DNA from: the human T2T-CHM13v2.0 reference genome, Homo sapiens
Length of the DNA stretch: 64,000 bases
Assembly (NCBI RefSeq): GCF_009914755.1
Contig: NC_060944.1
Direction: 5' to 3' (one strand)
Made by a program: the position numbers and the translations under genes. Each line of letters opens with the position of its first letter. Position 1 is the stretch's first letter. The notes under the pieces were generated by a model. The model did no database searches and was not told the origin of the DNA. It saw only the letters and a program-made list of their open reading frames with translations. Below, one piece after another: positions 39,201-54,500 of the stretch.

Positions 39201-42200
39201 GAGAATGCTTCTGTCTAGTTTTCATGGGAAGATATGTCCTTTTTCACCTTAGGCCGGAAAGTGCTCCAAAAGTCCAGTTACAGACACTACAAAAAGAGTG
39301 TTTCAAACCTGCTCTGTGAAAGGGAATGTTCAATTCTGTGACTTGAATGCAAACATCACAAAGAAGTTGCTGAGAATGCTGCTGTCTGCTTTTTATACCT
39401 TATCCCGTTTCCAACGAAATCCTCAAATCTAGCCAAATATCCACTTGCAGACTCCACAAAAACAGTGTTTCAAAACTGTACTGTCAAAAGAAATGTTCAA
39501 CTCTGTTAGTTGAGGACACCCATCAGAGACTAGCTTCTGAGAATGCTTCTGTCCAGTTGTTATGGGAAGATATTTCCTTTTTCAACATAGGCCTGAAACC
39601 GCTTCAAATGTCCACTTCCAGATACTGCAAAGAGAGTGTTTCAAACCTTCTCTACGAAAGGGCATGTTCTCCTCTGTGACGTCAATGCAAACATCCCAAA
39701 GAAGTTTCTGAGAATGCTTCTGTCTGGATTTTATCTGAAGACAATCCCGTTTCCAACGAAATCTTCAAAGATATGCAAATATGCTCCTGCAGATTCTACA
39801 AAAAGAGTGTTTCAAAACTGCTCTATGAAAAGAAAGGTTCGACTCTGTTAGTAGAGGGCACACATCACAAACAAGTTGCCGAGAATGATTCTGTCTGGTT
39901 TTTATGGGAAGATATTACCTTTTCCAATGCAACCCTGAATGCGCTCCAAATGGACACTTCCAGATACGACGAAAGGAGTGTTTCAAAGCTGTTCTATGAA
40001 AGGGAACGTTCCATTCTGTGACTTGAATGCAAACATCACCAAGTAGTTTCTCAGAACGCTGCTGTCTGCTTTTTATATGTATTCCCGTGTCCAACGAAAT
40101 CGTCAAAGCCAGCCAAATATCCACTTGCAGGTTCCACAAAAAGAGTGTTTCAAAACTGCTCTCTCAAAAGACATGTTCAACTCTGTCAGTTGAGGACACA
40201 CATCACAAAGAAGTTTCTGAGAATGCTTCTGTCTAGTTTTTATGGGAAGATATTTCCTTTTTCACCATAGGCCTCAAAGCGCTCCAAATGTCCAATTCCA
40301 GGTAATGGTAAAAGAGTGTTTCCAACCTGCTCTATGAAACCGAATGTTCAACTCTGTGACTTGAATGCAACCATCACAAGGAAGTTTCTGAGAATGCTTC
40401 TGTCTAGATTTTATATGAAGATATTCCCGTTTCCAACGAAATCCTCAAAGCTATCCAAATATCCACTTGGAGATTCTACAAAAAGAGTGTTTCAAAACTG
40501 CTCTATCAAAAGAAAGGTTCTACTCCGTCAGTTGAGGACACACATCACGAGTAAGTTTCTGACAATGCTTCTGTCTAGTTTTTATGGGAAGATATGTCCT
40601 TTTTCACCTTAGGCCGGAAAGCGCTCCAAAAGTCCAGTTACATACACTACAAAAAGAGTGTTTCAAACCTGCTCTGTGAAAGGGAATGTTCCATTCTGTG
40701 ACTTGAATGCAAACATCACAAAGAAGTTGCTGAGAATGCTGCTGTCTGATTTTTATACATTATCCCGTTTCCAACGAAATCCTCAAATCTAGCCAAATAT
40801 CCACTTGCAGACTCCACAAAAACAGTGTTTCAAAACTGTACTGTCAAAAGAAATGTTCAACTCTGTTAGTTGAGGACACACATGAGAGACTAGCTTCTGA
40901 GAATGCTTCTCTCCAGTTGTTACGGGAAGATATTTCCTTTTTCAACATAGGCCTGAAACCGCTTCAAATGTCCACTTCCAGATACTGCAAAGAGAGTGTT
41001 TCAAACCTTCTCTACGAAAGGGCATGTTCTCCTCTGTGACGTCAATGCAAACATCCCAATGAAGTTTCTGAGAATGCTTCTGTCTGGATTTTATCTGAAG
41101 ACAATCCCGTTTCCAACGAAATCCTCAAAGATATGCAAAAATGCTCCTGCAGATTCTACAAAAAGAGTGTTTCAAAACTGCTCTATGAAAAGAAAGTTTC
41201 GACTCTGTTAGTAGAGGGCACACATCACAAACAAGTTGCCGAGAATGATTCTGTCTGTTTTTTATGGGAAAATATTTCCTTTTCCAAGACAAGCCTGAAT
41301 GCGCTCCAAACGGACACTTCCAGATACGACAAAAGGAGTGTTTCAAAGCTGTTCTATGAAAGGGAACGTTCCATTCTGTGACTTGAATGGAAACATCACC
41401 AAGTAGTTTCTCAGAACGCTGCTGTCTGCTTTTTATGTGTATTCCCGTTTCCAACGAAATCGTCAAAGCCAGCCAAATATCCACTTGCAGGTTCCACAAA
41501 AAGAGTGTTTCAAAACTGCTCTCTCAAAAGACATTTTCAACTCGGTCAGTTGAGGACACACATCACAAAGAAGTTTCTGAGAATGCTTCTGTCTAGTTTT
41601 TATGGGAAGATATATCCTTTTTTACCATAAGCCTCAAAGCGCTCCAAATATCCACTTCCAGGGAATGGAAAAAGAGTGTTTCCAACCTGCTCTATGAAAG
41701 CGAATGTTCAACTCCGTGACTTGAATGCAACCATCACAAGGAAGTTTCTGAGAATGCTTCTGTCTAGATTTTATATGAAGATATTCCCGTTTCCAACGAA
41801 ATCCTCAAAGCTATCCAAATATCCACTTGGAGATTCTACAAAAAGAGTGTTTCAAAACTGCTCTATCAAAAGAAAGGTTCTACTCCGTCAGTTGAGGACA
41901 CACATCACGAGTAAGTTTCTGACAATGCTTCTGTCTAGTTTTTATGGGAAGATATCTCCTTTTTCACCTTAGGCCGGAAAGCGCACCAAAAGTCCAGTTA
42001 CAGACACTACAAAAAGAGTGTTTCAAACCTGCTCTGTGAAAGGGAATGTTCCATTCTGTGACTTGAATGCAAACATCACAAAGAAGTTGCTGAGAATGCT
42101 GCTGTCTGCTTTTTATACCTTATCCCGTTTCCAACGAAATCCTAAAATCTAGCCAAATATCCACTTGCAGACTCCACAAAAAGAGTGTTTCAAAACTGTA

Positions 42201-45200
42201 CTGTCAAAAGAAATGTTCAACTCTGTTAGTTGAGGACACACATCAGAGACTAGCTTCTGAGAATGCTTCTGTCCAGTTGTTACGGGAAGATATTTCCTTT
42301 TTCAACATAGGCCTGAAACCGCTTCAAATGTCCACTTCCAGATACTGCAAAGAGAGTGTTTCAAACCTCCTCTACGAAAGGGCATGTTCTCCTCTGTGAC
42401 GTCAATGCAAACATCCCAAAGAAGTTTCTGAGAATGCTTCTGTCTGGATTTTATGTGAAGACAATCCCGTTTCCAACGAAATCTTCAAAGATATGCAAAT
42501 ATGCTCCTGCAGATTCTACAAAAAGAGTGTTTCAAAACTGCTCTATGAAAAGAAAGGTTCGACTCTGTTAGTAGAGGGCACACATCACAAACAAGTTGCC
42601 GAGAATGATTCTGTCTGTTTTTTATGGGAAAATATTTCCTTTTCCAACACAAGCCTGAATGCGCTGCAAATGGACACTTCCAGATACGACAAAAGGAGTG
42701 TTTCAAAGCTGTTCTATGAAAGGGAACCTTCCATTGTGTGACTTGAATGCAAACATCACCAAGTAGTTTCTCAGAACGCTGCTGTCTGCTTCTTATATGT
42801 ATTCCCGTGTCCAAAGAAATCGTCAAAGCCAGCCAAATATCCAGTTGCAGGTTCCACAAAAAGAGTGTTTCAAAACTGCTCTCTCAAAAGACATGTTCAA
42901 CTCTGTGCGTTGAGGACACACATCAGGAGAAGTTTCTGAGAATGCTTCTGTCTAGTTTTTATGGGAAGATATTTCCTTTTTCACCATAGGCCTCAAAGCG
43001 CTCCAAATGTCCGCTTCCAGGGAATGGAAAAAGAGTGTTTCCAACCTGCTCTATGAAAGCGAATGTTCAACTCCGTGACTTGAATGCAACCATCACAAGG
43101 AAGTTTCTGAAAATGCTTCTGTCTAGATTTTATATGAAGATATTCCCGTTTCCAACGAAATCCTCAAAGCTATCCAAATATCCACTTGGAGATTCTACAA
43201 AAAGAGTGTTTCAAAACTGCTCTATCAAAAGAAAGTTGTACTGCGTCAGTTGAGGACACACATCATGAGTAAGTTTCTGACAATGCTTCTGTCTAGTTTT
43301 TATGGGAAGATATGTCCTTTTTCACCTTAGGCCGGAAAGCGCACCAAATGTCCAGTTACAGACACTACAAAAAGAGTGTTTCAAACCTGCTCTGTGAAAG
43401 GGAATGTTCCATTCTGTGACTTGAATGCAAACATCACAAAGAAGTTGCTGAGAATGCTGCTGTCTGCTTTTTATACCTTATCCCGTTTCCAACGAAATCC
43501 TCAAATCTAGCCAAATATCCACTTGCAGACTCCACAAAAAGAGTGTTTCAAAACTGTACTGTCAATAGAAATGTTCAACTCTGTTAGTTGAGGACACACA
43601 TCAGAGACTAGCTTCTGAGAATGCTTCTGTCCAGTTGTTACGGGAAGATATTTCCTTTTTCAACATAGGCCTGAAACCGCTTCAAATGTCCACTTCCAGA
43701 TACTCCAAAGAGAGTGTTTCAAACCTTCTCTATGAAAGGGCATGTTCTCCTCTGTGACGTCAATGCAAACATCCCAAAGAAGTTTCTGAGAATGCTTCTG
43801 TCTGGATTTTATCTGAAGACAATCCCGTTTCCAACGAAATCTTCAAAGATATGCAAATATGCTCCTGCAGATTCTACAAAAAGAGTGTTTCAAAACTGCT
43901 CTATGAAAAGAATGGTTCGACTCTGTTAGTAGAGGGCACACATCACAAACAAGTTGCCGAGAATGCTTCTGTCTGGTTTTTATGGGAAGATATTTCCTTT
44001 TCCAACGCAAGCCTGAATGCGCTCCAAATGGACACTTCCAGATACGACAAAAGGAGTGTTTCAAAGCTGTTCTATGAAAGGGAACCTTCCATTCTGTGAC
44101 TTGAATGCAAACATCACCAAGTAGTTTCTCAGAACGCTGCTGTCTGCTTTTTATATGTATTCCCGTTTCCAAAGAAATCGTCAAAGCCAGCTAAATATCC
44201 ACTTGCAGGTTCCACAAAAAGAGTGTTTCAAAACTGCTCTCTCAAAAGACATGTTCAACTCTGTCAGTTGAGGACACACATCACAAAGAAGTTTGTCAGA
44301 ATGCTTTGTCTAGTTTTTATTGGAAGATATTTCCTTTTTCACCATAGGCCTCAAAGCGCTCAAAATGTCCACTTCCAGGGAATGGAAAAAGAGTGTTTCC
44401 AACCTGCTCTATGAAAGCGAATGTTCAACTCCGTGACTTGAATGCAACCATCACAAGGAAGTTTCTGAGAATGCTTCTGTCTAGATTTTATATGAAGATA
44501 TTCCCGTTTCCAACGAAATCCTCAAAGCTATCCAAATATCCACTTGGAGATTCCACAAAAAGAGTGTTTCAAAACTGCTCTATGAAAAGAAAGGTTCTAC
44601 TCCGTCAGTTGAGGACACACATCACGAGTAAGTTTCTGAGAATGCTTTTGTCTAGTTTTATGGGAAGATATGTCCTTTTTCACCTTAGGCCGGAAAGCGC
44701 TCCAAATGTCCAGTTACAGACACTACAAAAAGAGTGTTTCAAACCTGCTCTGTGAAAGGGAATGTTCCATTCTGTGACTTGAATGCAAACATCACAAAGA
44801 AGTTGCTGAGAATGCTGCTGTCTGCTTTTTATACCTTATCCCGTTTCCAACGAAATCCTCAAATCTAGCCAAATATCCACTTGCAGACTCCACAAAAGGA
44901 GTGTTTCAAAACTGTACTGTCAAAAGAAATGTTCAACTCTGTTAGTTGAGGACAAACATCAGAGAATAGCTTCTGAGAATGCTTCTGTCCAGTTGTTACG
45001 GGAAGATATTTCCTTTTTCAACATAGGCCTGAAACCGCTTCAAATGTCCACTTCCAGATACTGCAAAGAGAGTGTTTCAAACCTTGTCTACGAAAGGGCA
45101 TGTTCTCCTCTGTGACGTCAATGCAAACATCCCAAAGAAGTTTCTGAGAATGCTTCTGTCTGGATTTTATCTGAAGACAATCCCGTTTCCAACGAAATCT

Positions 45201-48200
45201 TCAAAGATATGCAAATATGCTCCTGCAGATTCTACAAAAAGAGTGTTTCAAAACTGCTCTATGAAAAGAAAGGTTCGACTCTGTTAGTAGAGGGCACACA
45301 TCACAAACAAGTTGCCGAGAATGATTCTGTCTGGTTTTTATGGGAAGATATTACCTTTTCCAACGCAAGCCTGAATGCGCTGCAAATGGACACTTCCAGA
45401 TACGACGAAAGGAGTGTTTCAATGCTGTTCTATGAAAGGGAACGTTCCATTCTGTGACTTGAATGCAAACATCACCAAGTAGTTTCTCAGAACGCTGCTG
45501 TCTGCTTTTTATATGTATTCCCGTGTCCAACGAAATCGTCAAAGCCAGCCAAATATCCACTTGCAGGTTCCACAAAAAGAGTGTTTCAAAACCGCTCTCT
45601 CAAAAGACATGTTCAACTCTGTCAGTTGAGGACACACATCATAAAGAAGTTTCTGAGAATGCTTCTGTCTAGTTTTTATGGGAAGATATTTCCTTTTTCA
45701 CCAAAGGCCTCAAAGCGCTACAAATGTGCAATTCCAGGTAATGGTAAAAGAGTGTTTCCAACCTGCTCTATGAAAGCGAATGTTCAACTCTGTGACTTGA
45801 ATGCAACCATCACAAGGAAGTTTCTGAGAATGCTTCTGTCTAGATTTTATATGAAGATATTCCTGTTTCCAACGAAATCCTCAAAGCTATCCAAATATCC
45901 ACTTGGAGATTCTACAAAAAGAGTGTTTCAAAACTGCTCTATCAAAAGAAAGGTTCTACTCCGTCAGTTGAGGACACACATCACGAGTAAGTTTCTGACA
46001 ATGCTTCTGTCTAGTTTTTATGGGAAGATATGTCCTTTTTCACCTTAGGCCGGAAAGCGCTCCAAAAGTCCAGTTACATACACTACAAAAAGAGTGTTTC
46101 AAACCTGCTCTGTGAAAGGGAATGTTCCATTCTGTGACTTGAATGCAAACATCACAAAGAAGTTGCTGAGAATGCTGCTGTCTGATTTTTATACATTATC
46201 CCGTTTCCAACGAAATCCTCAAATCTAGCCAAATATCCACTTGCAGACTCCACAAAAACAGTGTTTCAAAACTGTACTGTCAAAAGAAATGTTCAACTCT
46301 GTTAGTTGAGGACACACATCAGAGACTAGCTTCTGAGAATGCTTCTGTCCAGTTGTTACGGGAAGATATTTCCTTTTTCAACATAGGCCTGAAACCGCTT
46401 CAAATGTCCGCTTCCAGATACTGCAAAGAGAGTGTTTCAAACCTTCTCTACGAAAGGGCATGTTCTCTTCTGTGACGTCAATGCAAACATCCCAATGAAG
46501 TTTCTGAGAATGCTTCTGTCTGGATTTTATCTGAAGACAATCCCGTTTCCAACGAAATCCTCAAAGATATGAAAATATGCTCCTGCAGATTCTATAAAAA
46601 GAGTGTTTCAAAACTGCTCTATGAAAAGAAAGTTTCGACTCTGTTAGTAGAGGGCACACGTCACAAACAAGTTGCCGAGAATGATTCTGTCTGTTTTTTA
46701 TGGGAAAATATTTCCTTTTCCAACACAAGCCTGAATGCGCTCCAAATGGACACTTCCAGATACGACAAAAGGAGTGTTTCAAAGCTGTTCTATGAAAGGG
46801 AACGTTCCATTGTGTGACTTGAATGCAAACATCACCAAGTAGTTTCTCAGAACGCTGCTGTCTGCTTTTATATGTATTCCCGTGTCCAACGAAATCGTCA
46901 AAGCCAGCCAAATATCCACTTGCAGGTTCCACAAAAAGAGTGTTTCAAAACTGCTCTCTCAAAAGACATGTTCAACTCTGTCCGTTGAGGACACACATCA
47001 CAAAGAAGTTTCTGAGAATGCTTCTGTCTAGTTTTTATGGGAAGATATTTCCTTTTTCACCATAGGCCTCAAAGCGCTCCAAATGTCCACTTCCAGAGAA
47101 TGGAAAAAGAGTGTTTCCAACCTGCTCTATGAAAGCGAATGTTCAACTCCGTGACTTGAATGCAACCATCACAAGGAAGTTTCTGAGAATGCTTCTGTCT
47201 AGATTTTATATGAAGATATTCCCGTTTCCAACGAAATCCTCAAAGCTATCCAAATATCCACTTGGAGATTCTACAAAAAGAGTGTTTCAAAACTGCTCTA
47301 TCAAAAGGAAGGTTCTACTCCATCAGTTGAGGACACACATCACGAGTAAGTTTCTGAGAATGCTTCTGTCTAGTTTTTATGGGAAGATATGTCCTTTTTC
47401 ACCTTAGGCCGGAAAGCGCTCCAAAAGTCCAGTTACAGACACTACAAAAAGAGTGTTTCAAACCTGCTCTGTGAAAGGGAATGTTCCATTCTGTGACTTG
47501 AATGCAAACATCACAAAGAAGTTGCTGAGAATGCTGCTGTGTGCTTTTTATACCTTATCCCGTTTCCAACGAAATCCTCAAATCTAGCCAAATATCCACT
47601 TGCAGACTCCACAAAAACAGTGTTTCAAAACTGTACTGTCAAAAGAAATGTTCAACTCTGTTAGTTGAGGACACACATCAGAGACTAGCTTCTGAGAATG
47701 CTTCTGTCCAGTTGTTACGGGAAGATATTTCCTTTTTCAACATAGGCCTGAAACCGCTTCAAATGTCCACTTCCAGATACTGCAAAGAGAGTGTTTCAAA
47801 CCTTCTCTACGAAAGGGCATGTTCTCCTCTGTGACGTCAATGCAAACATCCCAAAGATGTTTCTGAGAATGCTTCTGTCTGGATTTTATCTGAAGACAAT
47901 CCCGTTTCCAACGAAATCCTCAAAGATATGCAAATATGCTCCTGCAGATTCTACAAAAAGAGTGTTTCAAAACTGCTCTATGAAAAGAAAGGTTCGACTC
48001 TGTTAGTAGAGGGCACACAACACAAACATGTTGCCGAGAATGATTCTGTCTGGTTTTTATGGGAAGATATTTCCTTTTCCAACACAAGCCTGAATGCGCT
48101 CCAAATGGACACTTCCAGATACGACAAAAGGAGTGTTTCAAAGCTGTTCTATGAAAGGGAACGTTCCATTGTGTGACTTGAAAGCAAACATCACCAAGTA

Positions 48201-48599
48201 GTTTCTCAGAACGCTGCTGTCTGCTTTTTATATGTATTCCCGTGTCCAACGAAATCGTCAAAGCCAGCCAAATATCCACTTGCAGGTTCCACAAAAAGAG
48301 TGTTTCAAAACTGCTCTCTCAAAAGACATGTTCAACTCTGTCAGTTGAGGACACACATCACAAAGAAGTTTCTGAGAATGCTTCTGTCTAGTTTTTATGG
48401 GAAGATATTTCCTTTTTCACCATAGGCCTCAAAGCGCTCCAAATGTCCACTTCCAGGGAATGGAAAAAGAGTGTTTCCAACCTACTCTATGAAAGCGAAT
48501 GTTCAACTCCGTGACTTGAATGCAACCATCACAAGGAAGTTTCTGAGAATGCTTCTGTCTAGATTTTATATGAAGATATTCCCGTTTCCAACGAAATCC

Positions 48600-51500
48600 T
48601 CAAAGCTATCCAAATATCCACTTGGAGATTCTACAAAAAGAGTGTTTCAAAACTGCTCAATCAAAAGAAAGGTTCTACTCCGTCAGTTGAGGACACACAT
48701 CACGAGTAAGTTTCTGAGAATGCTTCTGTCTAGTTTTTATGGGAAGATATGCCCTTTTTCACCTTAGGCCGGAAAGCGCTCCAAAAGTCCAGTTACAGAA
48801 ACTACAAAAAGAGTGTTTCAAACCTGCTCTGTGAAAGGGAATGTTCCATTCTGTGACTTGAATGCAAACATCACAAAGAAGTTGCTGAGAATGCTGCTGT
48901 CTGGTTTTTATACCTTATCCCGTTTCCAACGAAATCCTCAAATCTAGCCAAATATCCACTTGCAGACTCCACAAAAACAGTGTTTCAAAACTGTACTTTC
49001 AAAAGAAATGTTCAACTCTGTTAGTTGAGGACACACATCAGAGACTAGCTTCTGAGAATGCTTCTGTCCAGTTGTTACGGGAAGATATTTCCTTTTTCAA
49101 CATAGGCCTGAAACCGCTTCAAATGTCCACTTCCAGATACTGCAAAGAGAGTGTTTCAAACCTTCTCTACGAAAGGGCATGTTCTCCTCTGTGACGTCAA
49201 TGCAAACATCCCAAAGAAGTTTCTGAGAATGCTTCTGTCTGGATTTTATCTGAAGACAATCCCGTTTCTAACGAAATCCTCAAAGATATGCAAATATGCT
49301 CCTGCAGATTCTACAAAAAGAGTGTTTCAAAACTGCTCTATGAAAAGAAAGGTTCGACTCTGTTAATAGAGGGCACACAACACAAACAAGTTGCCGAGAA
49401 TGATTCTGTCTGGTTTTTATGGGAAGATATTTCCTTTTCCAACACAAGCCTGAATGCGCTCCAAATGGACACTTCCAGATACGACAAAAGGAGTGTTTCA
49501 AAGCTGTTCTATGAAAGGGAACGTTCCATTCTGTGACTTGAATGCAAACATCACCAAGTAGTTTCTCAGAACGCTGCTGTCTGCTTTTTATGTGTATTAC
49601 CGTTTCCAACGAAATCGTCAAATCCAGCCAAATATCCACTTGCAGGTTCCACAAAAAGAGTGTTTCAAAACTGCTCTCTCAAAAGACATGTTCAACTCTG
49701 TCAGTTGAGGACACACATCACAAAGAAGTTTGTGAGAATGCTTCTGTCTAGTTTTTATGGGAACATATTTCCTTTTTTACCGTAAGCCTCAAAGCGCTCC
49801 AATTATCCACTTCCAGGGAATGGAAAAAGAGTGTTTCCAACCTGCTCTATGAAAGCGAATGTTCAACTCCGTGACTTGAATGCAACCATCACAAGGAAGT
49901 TTCTGAGAATGCTTCTGTCTACATTTTATATGGAGATATTCCCGTTTCCAACGAAATCCTCAAAGCTATCAAAATATCCTCTTGGAGATTCTACAAAAAG
50001 AGTGTTTCAAAACTGCTCTATCAAAAGAAAGGTTCTACTCCGTCAGTTGAGGACACACATCACGAGTAAGTTTCTGACAATGCTTCTGTCTAGTTTTTAT
50101 GGGAAGATATGTCCTTTTTCACCTTAGGCCGGAAAGCGCTCCAAAAGTCCAGTTACAGACACTACAAAAAGAGTGTTTCAAACCTGCTCTGTGAAAGGGA
50201 ATGTTCCATTCTGTGACTTGAATGCAAACATCACAAAGAAGTTGCTGAGAATGCTGCTGTCTGCTTTTTATACCTTATCCCGTTTCCAACGAAATCCTCA
50301 AATCTAGCCAAATATCCACTTGCAGACTCCACAAAAACAGTGTTTCAAAACTGTACTGTCAAAAGAAATGTTGAACTCTGTTAGTTGAGGACACACATCA
50401 GAGACTAGCTTCTGAAAATGCTTCTGTCCAGTTGTTACGGGAAGATATTTCCTTTTTCAACATAGGCCTGAAACCGCTTCAAATGTCCACTTCCAGATAC
50501 TGCAAAGAGAGTGTTTCAAACCTCCTCTACGAAAGGGCATGTTCTCCTCTGTGACGTCAATGCAAACATCCCAAAGAAGTTTCTGAGAATGCTTCTGTCT
50601 GGATTTTATCTGAAGACAATCCCGTTTCCAACGAAATCTTCAAAGATATGCAAATATGCTCCTGCAGATTCTACAAAAAGAGTGTTTCAAAACTGCTCTA
50701 TGAAAGGAAAGGTTCGACTCTGTTAGTAGAGGGCACACATCACAAACAAGTTGCCGAGAATGATTCTGTCTGTTTTTTATGGGAAAATATTTCCTTTTCC
50801 AACACAAGCCTGAATGCGCTGCAAATGGACACTTCCAGATACGACAAAAGGAGTGTTTCAAAGCTGTTCTATGAAAGGGAACCTTCCATTGTGTGACTTG
50901 AATGCAAACATCACCAAGTAGTTTCTCAGAACGCTGCTGTCTGCTTTTTATATGTATTCCCGTGTCCAACGAAATCGTCAAAGCCAGCCAAATATCCACT
51001 TGCAAGTTCCAGAAAAAGAGTGTTTCAAAACTGCTCTCTCAAAAGACATGTTCAACTCTGTCAGTTGAGGACACACATCACAAAGAAGTTTCTGAGAATG
51101 CTTCTGTCTAGTTTTTATGGGAAGATATTTCCTTTTTCACCATACGCCTCAAAGCGCTCCAAATGTCCACTTCCGGGGAATGGAAAAAGAGTGTTTCCAA
51201 CCTGCTCTATGAAAGCGAATGTTTAACTCGGTGACTTGAATGCAACCATCACAAGGAAGTTTCTGAGAATGCTTCTGTCTAGATTTTATATGAAGATATT
51301 CCCGTTTCCAACGAAATCCTCAAAGCTATCCAAATATCCACTTGGAGATTCTACAAAAAGAGTGTTTCAAAACTGCTCTATCAAAAGAAAGTTGTACTCC
51401 GTCAGTTGAGGACACACATCACGAGTAAGTTTCTGACAATGCTTCTGTCTAGTTTTTATGGGAAGATATGTCCTTTTTCACCTTAGGCCGGAAAGCGCTC

Positions 51501-54500
51501 CAAAAGTCCAGTTACAGACACTACAAAAAGAGTGTTTCAAACCTGCTCTGTGAAAGGGAATGTTCCATTCTGTGACTTGAATGCAAACATCACAAAGAAG
51601 TTGCTGAGAATGCTGCTGTCTGCTTTTTATACCTTATCGCGTTTCCAACGAAATCCTCAAATCCAGCCAAATATCCACTTGCAGACGCCACAAAAACAGT
51701 GTTTCAAAACTGTACTGTCAAAAGAAATGTTCAACTCTGTTAGTTGAGGACACACATCAGAGACTAGCTTCTGAGAATGCTTCTGTCCAGTTGTTACGGG
51801 AAGATATTTCCTTTTTCAACATAGGCCTGAAACCGCTTCAAATGTCCACTTCCAGATACTGCAAAGAGAGTGTTTCAAACCTTCTCTATGAAAGGGCATG
51901 TTCTCCTCTGTGACGTCAATGCAAACGTCCCAAAGAAGTTTCTGAGAATGCTTCTGTCTGGATTTTATCTGAAGACAATCCCGTTTCCAACGAAATCTTC
52001 AAAGATATGCAAATATGCTCCTGCAGATTCTAGAAAAAGAGTGTTTCAAAACTGCTCTATGAAAAGAAAGTTTCGACTCTGATAGTAGAGGGCACACATC
52101 ACAAACAAGTTGCCGAGAATGCTTCTGTCTGGTTTTTATGGGAAGATATTTCCTTTTCCAACACAAGCCTGAATGCGCTCCAAATGGACACTTCCAGATA
52201 CGACAAAAGGAGTGTTTCAAAGCTGTTCTATGAAAGGGAACGTTGCATTCTGTGACTTGAATGCAAACATCACCAAGTAGTTTCTCAGAACTGTGCTGTC
52301 TGCTTCTTATATGTATTCCCGTTTCCAACGAAATCGTCAAAGCCAGCCAAATATCCACTTGCAGGTTCCACAAAAAGAGTGTGTCAAAACTGCTCTCTCA
52401 AAAGACATGTTCAACTCTGTCAGTTGAGGACACACATCACAAAGAAGTTTGTGAGAATGCTTCTGCCTAGTTTTTATGGGAAGATATTTCCTTTTTCACC
52501 ATAGGCCTCAAAGCGCTCCAAATGTCCAATTCCAGGGAATGGAAAAAGAGTGTTTCCAACCTGCTCTATGAAAGCAAATGTTCAACTCCGTGAATTGAAT
52601 GCAACCAAAACAAGGAAGTTTCTGAGAATGCTTCTGTCTAGATTTTATATGAAGATATTCCCGTTTCCAACGAAATCCCCAAAGCTATCAAAATATCCAC
52701 TTGGAGATTCTACAAAAAGAGTGTTTCAAAACTGCTCTATCAAAAGAAAGGTTCTACTCCGTCAGTTGAGAACACACATCACGAGTAAGTTTCTGACAAT
52801 GCTTCTGTCTAGTTTTTATGGGAAGACATGTCCTTTTTCACCTTAGACAGGAAAGCGCTCCAAAAGTCCAGTTACAGACACTACAAAAAGAGTGTTTCAA
52901 ACCTGCTCTGTGAAAGGGAATGTTCAATTCTGTGACTTGAATGCAAACATCACAAAGAAGTAGCTGAGAATGCTGCTGTCTGCTTTTTATACCTTATCCC
53001 GTTTCCAACGAAATCCTCAAATCTAGGCAAATATCCACTTGCAGACTCCACAAAAACAGTGTTTCAAAACTGTACTGTCAAAAGAAATGTTCAACTCTGT
53101 TAGTTGAGGACACACATCAGAGACTAGCTTCTGAGAATGCTTCTGTCCAGTTGGTACGGGAAGATATTTCCTTTTTCAGAATAGGCCTGAAACCGCTTCA
53201 AATGTCCACTTCCAGATACTGCAAAGAGAGTGTTTCAAACCTTCTCTACGAAAGGGCATGTTCTCCTCTGTGACGTCAATGCAAACATCCTAAAGAAGTT
53301 TCTGAGAATGCTTCTGTCTGGATTTTATCTGAAGACAATCCCGTTTCCAACGAAATCCTCAAAGCTATGCAAATATGCTCCTGCAGATTCTACAAAAAGA
53401 GTGTTTCAAAACTGCTCTATGAAAAGAAAGGTTCGACTCTGTTAGTAGAGGGCACACATCACAAACAAGTTGCCGAGAATGCTTCTGTCTGGTTTTTATG
53501 GGAAGATATTTCCTTTTCCAACACAAGCCTGAATGCGCTCCAAATGGACACTTCCAGATACGACAAAAGGAGGGTTTCAAACCTGTTCTGTGAAAGGGAA
53601 CGTTCCATTCTGTGACTTGAATGCAAACATCACCAAGTAGTTTCTCAGAACGCTGCTGTCTGCTTTTTATATGAATTCCCGTTTCCAACGAAATCGTCAA
53701 AGCCAGCCAAATATCCACTTGCAGGTTCCACAAAAAGAGTGTGTCAAAACTGCTCTCTCAAAAGACATGTTCAACTCTGTCAGTTGAGGACACACATCAC
53801 AAAGAAGTTTGTGAGAATGCTTCTGCCTAGTTTTTATGGGAAGATATTTCCTTTTTCACCATAGGCCTCAAAGCGCTCCAAATGTCCACTTCCAGGGAAT
53901 GGAAAAAGAGTGTTTCCAACCTGCTCTATGAAAGCGAATGTTCAACTCCGTGACTTGAATGCAACCATCACAAGGAAGCTTCTGAGAATGCTTCTGTCTA
54001 GATTTTATATGAAGATATTCCCGTTTCCAACGAAATCCTCAAAGCTATCCAAATATCCACTTGGAGATTCTACAAAAAGAGTGTTTCAAAACTGCTCTAT
54101 CAAAAGAAAGGTTCTACTCCGTCAGTTGAGGACACACATCACGAGTAAGTTTCTGACAATGCTTCTGTCTAGTTTTTATGGGAAGATATGTCCTTTTTCA
54201 CATTAGGCCGGAAAGCGCTCCAAAAGTCCAGTTACAGACACTACAAAAAGAGTGTTTCAAACCTGCTCTGTGAAAGCGAATGTTCCATTCTGTGACTTGA
54301 ATGCAAACATCACAAAGAAGTTGCTGAGAATGCTGCTGTCTGCTTTTTATACCTTATCCCGTTTCCAACGAAATCCTCAAATCTAGCCAAATATCCACTT
54401 GCAGACTCCACAAAAACAGTGTTTCAAAACTGTACTGTCAAAAGAAATGTTCAACTCTGTTAGTTGAGGACACACATCAGAGACTAGCTTCTGAGAATGC

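Noticed and set aside
43994-44011. A-type monomer box drifting towards a CENP-B-like sequence (tccttttccaacgcaa)
   Set aside because: It still lacks both essential blocks (CCCG and CGAA). A and B boxes are homologous positions, so resemblance is expected.
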